NCBI GenBank assembly: GCA_050261115.1
Contig: JBLNCY010000057.1
Span: 60,576 to 124,575, forward strand
Reading direction: 5' to 3'
Length of the DNA stretch: 64,000 bases
Origin: Methanocella sp.
GTDB lineage: Archaea; Thermoproteota; Bathyarchaeia; Bathyarchaeales; Bathycorpusculaceae
Below the pieces are notes generated by a model. That model had not been told where the DNA came from. It worked only from the letters and a program-made list of their open reading frames with translations, and ran no database searches. A program made the translations under genes and the position numbers. The number at the start of each line of letters is the position of its first letter. The first letter of the stretch is position 1. Positions 57,645-64,000 of this stretch are shown piece after piece.

Positions 57645-58267
57645 TTGCTCGGTTTCTGCGCAACTATTGCGTTCCAGGGTGTCTCTGCCTTTCGGAACAC
57701 CTCAACCCTCACAAACCCTGCTGACTCAAGCATTGTTTGGATTTCCTCAAGCGAAAAAAGACGCACATGCACCTTCTCAATTAGCTCAGCCTTCTTTACC
57801 TCGTAGACGCCATCCTTAATCATTTCATTAACCATCAAGAATTTCCCGGCTGGTTTGAGTATTCGATGGATTTCCTTGAAAGCTGTGGGTAGGCTGGGCC
57901 AGAAATAGTATGTTTCCACAGCCAAAACCAAGTCAAAGGTGCCGCTTGGAAACCCCGTGTTCTCTACGGTGGCTTGGGTTATTTCGACTCTGTTTTGAGC
58001 TATGTGGGGTTTGTTTAGTTTTTGGGCGTATTTGACCATGTCGGGGGAGTGGTCGATGCCATAGACTTTTCCTTGTGGCGCCATCTTGGTGAGGCGGTTT
58101 ATGGTTTTGCCTCCTCCGCAACCTATGTCTAAGATGGTGTCTGTGGGGTTGATGGTTAGGTGGCTGAGTCCCCAGGTGGTTAATTCATAGTGGCTTTTGT
58201 TCATCATGACTGCGACGACTCGGCTTTGGATTCCGGTGGGTCGCTGGAACTGGTCAAACAAACCCAT
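57641..58267 (-). CDS. Class I SAM-dependent methyltransferase
   Basis: LDIGCGGG, GIDHS, FDLV, ILKPAG. Confidence 0.88.
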   Translation of the reverse strand: MGLFDQFQRPTGIQSRVVAVMMNKSHYELTTWGLSHLTINPTDTILDIGCGGGKTINRLTKMAPQGKVYGIDHSPDMVKYAQKLNKPHIAQNRVEITQATVENTGFPSGTFDLVLAVETYYFWPSLPTAFKEIHRILKPAGKFLMVNEMIKDGVYEVKKAELIEKVHVRLFSLEEIQTMLESAGFVRVEVFRKAETPWNAIVAQKPSN

Positions 58268-58475
58268 ACAACATCACAGAACATCGTAGCTAGTTGAGAA
58301 CTAAAAGTTACCTCATAGAAACAAGGTATCCTTCCGTAATGAGCGAGAAACTAAGCGCCATCGCTCTGTCTCTTATCGAATTCGATCTCGCCAAAAAACA
58401 ATCATGATAGTGTTGTCTAGTAACAATAAATTTATTGGAACCCCGACCCACAATTATCCTAGAAGGTGAACTTGT

Positions 58476-59072
58476 ATGTCCTCTGATAATTCCGATAACC
58501 CTGAATGGTTCAAAAAGCGTCAGCGGCCAAATAGAGACCCATTCTTTGGCGACATCGATGACATGTTTAAGGAGATAGAGCGGATGATGGATGAGGAACT
58601 CAAAGACTTCACCGCAAAAGTCCCCAAAGAGTACGTTAAAGAACGCACCCTCCCCGATGGGTCAACCGTAAAGGAGCTGGGGCCCTTTGTATATGGTTAC
58701 AGTATGAAGATTGGGCCAAACGGGAAACCCGAAATCCAAGAGTTCGGGAACATCAAAAAAGGCCTCCGAGGACCCCCCCAAGTTACGGAGGAACGCGAAC
58801 CCCTTGTTGACATCATTGAGACCGACAAGGAAATCCGAGTGGTCGCAGAAATGCCGGGAGTAGAGAAAACCGACATCAAGTTGCAAGGAACCGAAGACGC
58901 ATTAGATATATCAGTGGATGTGCCCCAAAAGAGGTTCCATAAAGAGGTTCAGTTACCCGCTAAAGTCAAAGTCAAGGAAGCTTCTTCAACCTACAAAAAC
59001 GGTGTTTTAGAGGTTATCTTGCCCAAGTTTGAATCGGTCCACTCAAAAGGCGAACCTATAAACATAGGCTAA
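58476..59072 (+). CDS. hsp20: Archaeal small heat shock protein Hsp20
   Basis: GPFVYGYSMKIGPNGKPEIQEFGN, REPLVD, AEMPGV, YKNGVLEV. Confidence 0.93.
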   Translation: MSSDNSDNPEWFKKRQRPNRDPFFGDIDDMFKEIERMMDEELKDFTAKVPKEYVKERTLPDGSTVKELGPFVYGYSMKIGPNGKPEIQEFGNIKKGLRGPPQVTEEREPLVDIIETDKEIRVVAEMPGVEKTDIKLQGTEDALDISVDVPQKRFHKEVQLPAKVKVKEASSTYKNGVLEVILPKFESVHSKGEPINIG

Positions 59073-59114
59073 AAGCCTAAATTCACCCTCAATTCATTAC
59101 TACTATGTGTACCG

Positions 59115-59525
59115 ATGAGCGAGAACCCAGAAATCGACACCCTAAACGCTATATGTAGAGAGGCAAAGGTAGCAGGCAAACTCTCAGGCGACAACCTAAC
59201 TAGGCTCTATGAGCTTTTTGGTCAACGCTTCACCAAAGCATTAGATGCACTCAAGGAGGGTAGAGTAAAGAAGTATGTGTTTAAACCTTCGGGGCGCGTT
59301 GTGTGGATTGTGGTTGGTAGGGAACGGGACTACCTTATTATGCCTGAAGCCGAGTTTTGTCCCTGCGAGGACTTTTATTTCCGGGTTCTAGACAAGAAGG
59401 TTCACATGTGCTATCACCTTTTGACCCAAAAGTTAGCTCAGAACCTCGGCTGGTTTGAGAATTTTGAGGAAAACGACGAATGCTACAGTATGCTCATGAA
59501 GGAATGGAAAAAAGCGACTCCTTAA
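59115..59525 (+). CDS. SWIM zinc-finger protein
   Basis: VWIVVG...FCPCEDF...CYH (CxCxnCxH). Confidence 0.8.
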   Translation: MSENPEIDTLNAICREAKVAGKLSGDNLTRLYELFGQRFTKALDALKEGRVKKYVFKPSGRVVWIVVGRERDYLIMPEAEFCPCEDFYFRVLDKKVHMCYHLLTQKLAQNLGWFENFEENDECYSMLMKEWKKATP

Positions 59526-59718
59526 ATATGTAAAGTTACAAGAGTACTGAGTAAAACCATAAAGAGGAAATCTGATGGATATAGGCGCATACTTCATAAC
59601 CCTGCAGTACGTCCTTATGGGCTCCATAGCTATAGCGTTAGCATTGATTTTCCTGTATGCATACTACGGGAAAGACGAGTCCACCGAAGAAGAATAAACT
59701 CCACCTAACCTTCGGATT

Positions 59719-59997
59719 CTATCGTCTTCTATTCATAACTAAGAACAAGAGTACACTTATTATCGTCAAGACGGCGGCAATAGCGATTAAGACCGTAGAG
59801 TCTGGGCCGGCGCCGAAAAAGATGGGTATGGGTCCAATTAGGATTACGCCGCCGACGCTGCCTGAACCTGAAAACACCGTCACTAAAATAACAATAGCTA
59901 CTCCCAAGAACACTAAAGACACGCCAATAATCATTAACCCAAGTAGCCTTCGCGAAACCAAAAAGCCCCCGTCGTTTTCGTCTGTGCTGCTTAACAT
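59719..59997 (-). CDS. DUF131/TIGR00304 family membrane protein
   Basis: GGVILIGPIPIFFG motif with TM helices. Confidence 0.75.
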   Translation of the reverse strand: MLSSTDENDGGFLVSRRLLGLMIIGVSLVFLGVAIVILVTVFSGSGSVGGVILIGPIPIFFGAGPDSTVLIAIAAVLTIISVLLFLVMNRRR

Positions 59998-60001
59998 GGT
60001 G

Positions 60002-60268
60002 CTACCTCAACAGTCCATAATAGATTAAATAAATAATCAAGACCCCGATTGAGAGCGCCAACGCCAAAGCCAAAACCGCCTTAACCGACTTTTTATCCGT
60101 TCCAAAGATAATCGGGATGGGCCCAATCATAATAACTCCTGCACCCCGAACACTGCCCTCACCTGTGCTCCTTCGGGTGGAGGTGCGGATTATCACGGCA
60201 ACAATCAAGGCTACCCCGATGAGTACCAACGCAATGCCCACCGCATAAAGCGCAGAATAATCCGCCAA
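60002..60268 (-). CDS. DUF131/TIGR00304 family membrane protein
   Basis: GAGVIMIGPIPIIFGTDK motif; TTG start after GAGGT. Confidence 0.8.
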   Translation of the reverse strand: MADYSALYAVGIALVLIGVALIVAVIIRTSTRRSTGEGSVRGAGVIMIGPIPIIFGTDKKSVKAVLALALALSIGVLIIYLIYYGLLR

Positions 60269-60379
60269 ACCGTAACCTCAAATCAAATGGGAACAGCCGT
60301 TTTAATAAACTTAGCCAGACCCATGGCGTTAGCCATAAGAAATTATAAGCGCCTGTGCTGCTTTATCGTGTCGGCGCCT

Positions 60380-61228
60380 ATGACAAAAGAAGCCCTCATC
60401 GAGGAGATACTCCAGAAGAACCCCCAATTAACCCAGGCTCAGCTGTTAGAGCGCCTAGAGCTGGAACGTGACAAAACCGGTGGGTTGCTGGCTGACGAAA
60501 CCCTGCTTAGGCTCATCGCCGCCAAGCTCGGCATAGTTGTCCAGCAGAATAGCTACCAGAACAGCAGCGTTCTTTCCTCGTCAAAGCTGTTTGCGGGGCT
60601 GTATGATGTGACGGTGGCTGGGCGTTTGGTGGCTGTTTTCCCAGTCAAAAACTTTCAGGGCGAGACGAGCTCGGGCAAATTCGGTACATTGATGCTGGGT
60701 GACAGTGATGGGCTGCTTCGGGTGGTGCTTTGGAACGAGAAAGCCGAGCTTATCGAGCGGGGCGAACTCCGAGCTGGCCAAGCCGTGCGCCTCCTGCATG
60801 GATACACCAGAAACGACCGCTTCGGCAAACCTGAACTCCACCTGGGCACCAAAAGCCAAATCGAACCAATTCCAGAAGATATAGCCGAAACATGCCCCCC
60901 AATCGAGACCTTCACCACAAAAATCAGCAATCTAAACAGTAGCTTAGGCAACATACACCTCCTTGGCACAGTAAAGGCAGTCTATGGCAAGAATGGATTC
61001 CGTAAAAGCGACGATTCCGACGGCGTCGTTATGCGGTTGGCTTTTCGGGATGAATCGGGGGAGGCTATGGTGGTGGTTTGGAACGAGAAAGTGGCTGAAA
61101 TCGAGAAGGCGCTAAGGGATAGTTCACGGCTGCTTTTGATTAATGCCCGCGTGAAGGACGCTCAGGGTGGCAGCGTTGAGGTTCATGTCGACTCGAACAC
61201 CTTCATAAATGCACAACCAATCAACTGA
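60380..61228 (+). CDS. OB-fold ssDNA-binding protein (RPA-like, two OB folds)
   Basis: GGLLADE N-domain; VTVAGRLV..LGDSDG.LRVVLWNE; FRDESGE..VVVWNE; ATG at 60380. Confidence 0.85.
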   Translation: MTKEALIEEILQKNPQLTQAQLLERLELERDKTGGLLADETLLRLIAAKLGIVVQQNSYQNSSVLSSSKLFAGLYDVTVAGRLVAVFPVKNFQGETSSGKFGTLMLGDSDGLLRVVLWNEKAELIERGELRAGQAVRLLHGYTRNDRFGKPELHLGTKSQIEPIPEDIAETCPPIETFTTKISNLNSSLGNIHLLGTVKAVYGKNGFRKSDDSDGVVMRLAFRDESGEAMVVVWNEKVAEIEKALRDSSRLLLINARVKDAQGGSVEVHVDSNTFINAQPIN

Positions 61229-61295
61229 TGACGACTTTGCAGACAAGTTATCTATCAAAAGAATAGTTTAGGCTAAAAGAAGGTGGTGGGGTGGC

Positions 61296-62312
61296 TTAGA
61301 TTTTTGCCACAATGGCGTCAGTGATTTCTGTGCCTTTAGCTTGACCGCCTAGATCGTGTGTGCGGACTTTGCCCTCTTTGAGCACAGCAAGCACTGCGTC
61401 TTCAATTATTTTGGCTCCGGCTTTCTCGCCGAGGTAATCTAGCATCATAGCACCCGCCATTATGGTGGCAATCGGGTTGACGCGGTCCATGCCGGCATAT
61501 TTTGGTGCAGAGCCATGGACGGGTTCAAACATGCCGTAGGTATCGCCGATGTTTGCGCCTGCCGCTAGGCCTAAGCTGCCGGTGACCTGTGCGGCTTCGT
61601 CGCTTAGGATGTCGCCAAAGAGGTTGGTGGTGACTAGTACGTCGTATTTTTCGGGTTGCTTGATGAGTTGCATGGTGGCTGCGTCGATGTGTAGGTCGTC
61701 GACTTCGACTTCGGGGTACTTTTTGTGTGCTTCTTTAACTGCGTCTTTGAATATTCCGTCGGTTATGCGGAGGATATTGCCTTTGTGGATGTAGGTTAGG
61801 TGCTTTTTGCGTTGCATGGCTAGTTTGAAGGCATATTCTGCTACGCGGAGGGATGCGTCATGTGTGATGATTCTAAATGCGATGCTGACGCCTGGTGCAA
61901 TGAGGGATTCTTGGCCGCTGTAGAGGCCTTCGGTGTTTTCTCTGACTACAACGAAGTCGATGTTGGGTTTGAGTGCTTCAACGTTGGGGTAAGTTTTGCA
62001 GGGACGCACGTTTGCATAGAGGCTAAATATTCTGCGCAGGGTGACGGCTACGCTTGGGGGTGCACCTGCTTCTTCGGGGGTAGTCATGGGGCCTTTGAGG
62101 CATGCGTCGCTTTTCTTGATAAGCTCAAGGGTTTCCTCTGGCAGGTTAGTGCCGTATTGTGGGATACAGTGGGCGCCTGCTTCGCCATAGACGATGTTAA
62201 GTTTGAAGTTGGATTTCTTCTCAACTGCTTGAAGGACTTTAACGGTGGCTTCTGTGACTTCGGGGCCGATGCCGTCGCCTTTAAGCGCAACTATGGTGTA
62301 AGTTTTAGTCAT
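61296..62312 (-). CDS. Isocitrate/isopropylmalate/homoisocitrate dehydrogenase family enzyme (AksF-like)
   Basis: GDGIGPE, RENTEGLY, HKGNI, NLFGDILSD, EPVHGSAP. Confidence 0.88.
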   Translation of the reverse strand: MTKTYTIVALKGDGIGPEVTEATVKVLQAVEKKSNFKLNIVYGEAGAHCIPQYGTNLPEETLELIKKSDACLKGPMTTPEEAGAPPSVAVTLRRIFSLYANVRPCKTYPNVEALKPNIDFVVVRENTEGLYSGQESLIAPGVSIAFRIITHDASLRVAEYAFKLAMQRKKHLTYIHKGNILRITDGIFKDAVKEAHKKYPEVEVDDLHIDAATMQLIKQPEKYDVLVTTNLFGDILSDEAAQVTGSLGLAAGANIGDTYGMFEPVHGSAPKYAGMDRVNPIATIMAGAMMLDYLGEKAGAKIIEDAVLAVLKEGKVRTHDLGGQAKGTEITDAIVAKI

Positions 62313-62448
62313 AGGGTTCTACCTTGTGGTTGCTGTAGAATAATGTTTTACCTTATCAGTTTTCCTGTCTGCTTTTACGGTTCTAACGCTGCTTTCTATG
62401 CGGATTAACCCGGATAAGGTGCAACCTTTCAATCCGAAAAATAATTGT

Positions 62449-62958
62449 CTAGAGAGGTTCTATGTTTTTTACGACCCTTTTGGGCCTGTCGGGGTTAAAG
62501 GTGTTTGGCTGTTTCTTTGAGCGCCGCAGAATCGCTGCGTTTGTTCTAACCCTCTCAAAGCGTTTCTTAGTATTCTTGCGCTCATCAAGCTTAACTACAT
62601 CGCCAATCTTGCCGAAGCGCTCGGTTCGGTTATCTTCTGCTACACGTTCTATTTTTATGCAGTTATCAACCATGCAATGGGCAACGCAGGCACCGCAGTA
62701 AACGCAGAGGTCCTCGATGATGCCGACTTCACCTGAACCCCAGTAGAGCGCATGCGTAGGGCAGACATCGACGCATAATTTGCATTGGGTTCCAACGCAG
62801 GTGAATTTGTTTATGCTGATTTTGCCGTCTTTAAAAAGCTCTTTGACACCTGTGGGTTCGATGAGTTCTTTTCGGCGTTTCTTGCGTTCCTCTTCCTCGT
62901 TAACCGCTTCGCTCTCCTCATTCATCAGGTCGAAGATAGAAAGCGGCTTCTCGGGCAT
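62449..62958 (-). CDS. 4Fe-4S dicluster ferredoxin-domain protein
   Basis: CVGTQCKLCVDVCP and CVYCGACVAHC. Confidence 0.8.
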   Translation of the reverse strand: MPEKPLSIFDLMNEESEAVNEEEERKKRRKELIEPTGVKELFKDGKISINKFTCVGTQCKLCVDVCPTHALYWGSGEVGIIEDLCVYCGACVAHCMVDNCIKIERVAEDNRTERFGKIGDVVKLDERKNTKKRFERVRTNAAILRRSKKQPNTFNPDRPKRVVKNIEPL

Positions 62959-63143
62959 AACGGTTCACGCAGAGAGATTTGCAGAAATTAGGCTTCTTGA
63001 GTTATAATTACATTTCTGGATAGTGCGGCTGTTTTATCGTGCAATTTGCGCGTTTGCCGACAGATTCTTGATGCTTCTCTGTAGGGTAGCTAAAAATCTA
63101 TAACTCGCAAGCTACATATGCATAGATAGTCGGGTTAAGGTCT

Positions 63144-64000
63144 TTGGGTAAAATTCGATTCGGCGTCTTCCTGCCATTCTATGCCTTCCAGTCCAAACCA
63201 AACGAATACTACACACAACTAAAGAATGTAGTTCTGGAATGCGAGCGACTGGGGTATGATTCGGTTTGGATAGACGACCACTTGATGTATAAGGATTCGA
63301 TGATTCTTGAGTGCTGGACGACGCTGGCGGCGTTGGCTGCTTCGACAAGCAAGATACGCTTAGGCACCATGGTAACCTGCACGGCGCATCGAAACCCTGC
63401 GATTCTTGCTAAAGCGGCGGCGACTGTTGATGTGGTCTCTAATAGTCGCTTAGAATTCGGCATAGGCGCAGGTATACAGGAAGCCGAACATAACGCCTAT
63501 GGCTTTGGGTTCCCCTCAGCGGCAAACCGCATCGAGCGATTGGAGGAGTCGCTGGAGGTAATCAGGCGGCTCTGGGCATACCCGAAAGCCAGCTACCAAG
63601 GCAAACACTTCACCTTAAAAGATGCGGTCTGTGAACCTAAGCCGCTCCAAAAGCCCCGTCCGCCTATAATTGTGGGGGGCAGCGGCGAAAAACGCACCCT
63701 TAAAGTTGCGGCAAAGTATGCTGACCGCTTTGACTGGGGCTTTCTGCCCTCGATAGAAGAGTATCGGCATAAACTTGCGGTTTTACATCGGTACTGCCAC
63801 GAGATTGGCCGAGACTTCCGCACTATTGAGCAATCTTGCTGGCCTGCGGGGCAACTGCTGATTGCGCATGACCAAAACGAGTTGGAACTAAAAATCGCCG
63901 AGTACAAGCCTGCCGGTGTCTCCCTTGAGGATTTCAAGCAGTACACTCTAATGGGAACTGCCCAGGACTGTGTGCGGGGCTTCCAGGCCTATGCAGATTT
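63144..64000 (+). CDS. LLM-class (luciferase-like) flavin/F420-dependent oxidoreductase; runs off window end
   Basis: Hand translation from TTG at 63144: IRFGVFLP...GYDSVWIDDHL...LECWTTLAALA..IRLGTMV...RNPAILAKAAATVDVVSNSRLEFGIGAG...PKPLQKPRPPIIVGGSGEK. Confidence 0.88.
   Translation, partial: MGKIRFGVFLPFYAFQSKPNEYYTQLKNVVLECERLGYDSVWIDDHLMYKDSMILECWTTLAALAASTSKIRLGTMVTCTAHRNPAILAKAAATVDVVSNSRLEFGIGAGIQEAEHNAYGFGFPSAANRIERLEESLEVIRRLWAYPKASYQGKHFTLKDAVCEPKPLQKPRPPIIVGGSGEKRTLKVAAKYADRFDWGFLPSIEEYRHKLAVLHRYCHEIGRDFRTIEQSCWPAGQLLIAHDQNELELKIAEYKPAGVSLEDFKQYTLMGTAQDCVRGFQAYAD

Noticed and set aside
63112-63946. Minus-strand ORFs at the window end
   Set aside because: Antisense to the uninterrupted + strand LLM oxidoreductase starting at 63144.

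Overview
Archaeal chromosomal segment, most consistent with Bathyarchaeia (TACK). This is inferred from a crenarchaeal-type PolB1 co-occurring with SMC-ScpAB, the exosome operon, an Fe-S RpoD and secreted-protein families typical of the lineage. Core content: partial polB1; proteasome/exosome operon (psmA, SBDS, rrp4, rrp41, rrp42, rpl37ae, pcc1); ribosomal/RNAP operon (rps13, rps4, rps11, rpoD, rpl18e, rpl13, rps9, rpoN); smc-scpA-scpB; ahbABCD alternative heme pathway; thrC-hom-lysC; argG-argH-carA-carB; ilvBN-leuCDB-leuA-pheA; hsp20 and RPA. Short accessory blocks of membrane, secreted, regulatory and decayed genes lie between these operons. No rRNA, tRNA, CRISPR array or transposase was seen. 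The most striking unexplained feature is a ~68-bp dispersed intergenic element (CTGTTGCTCT - C-run - CTTATATATAG - CAACC-N3-GGTT palindrome) with 5 clear and 2 degenerate copies. The copies bracket core operons with a consistent polarity and sit where conserved archaeal superoperons are broken. Other leads are PCNA-binding (PIP)-like tails on a DUF488 protein and an inactive RadA paralog, a structured leader with a uORF before the ilv-leu-phe operon, and a -1 frameshift in an alcohol dehydrogenase gene.
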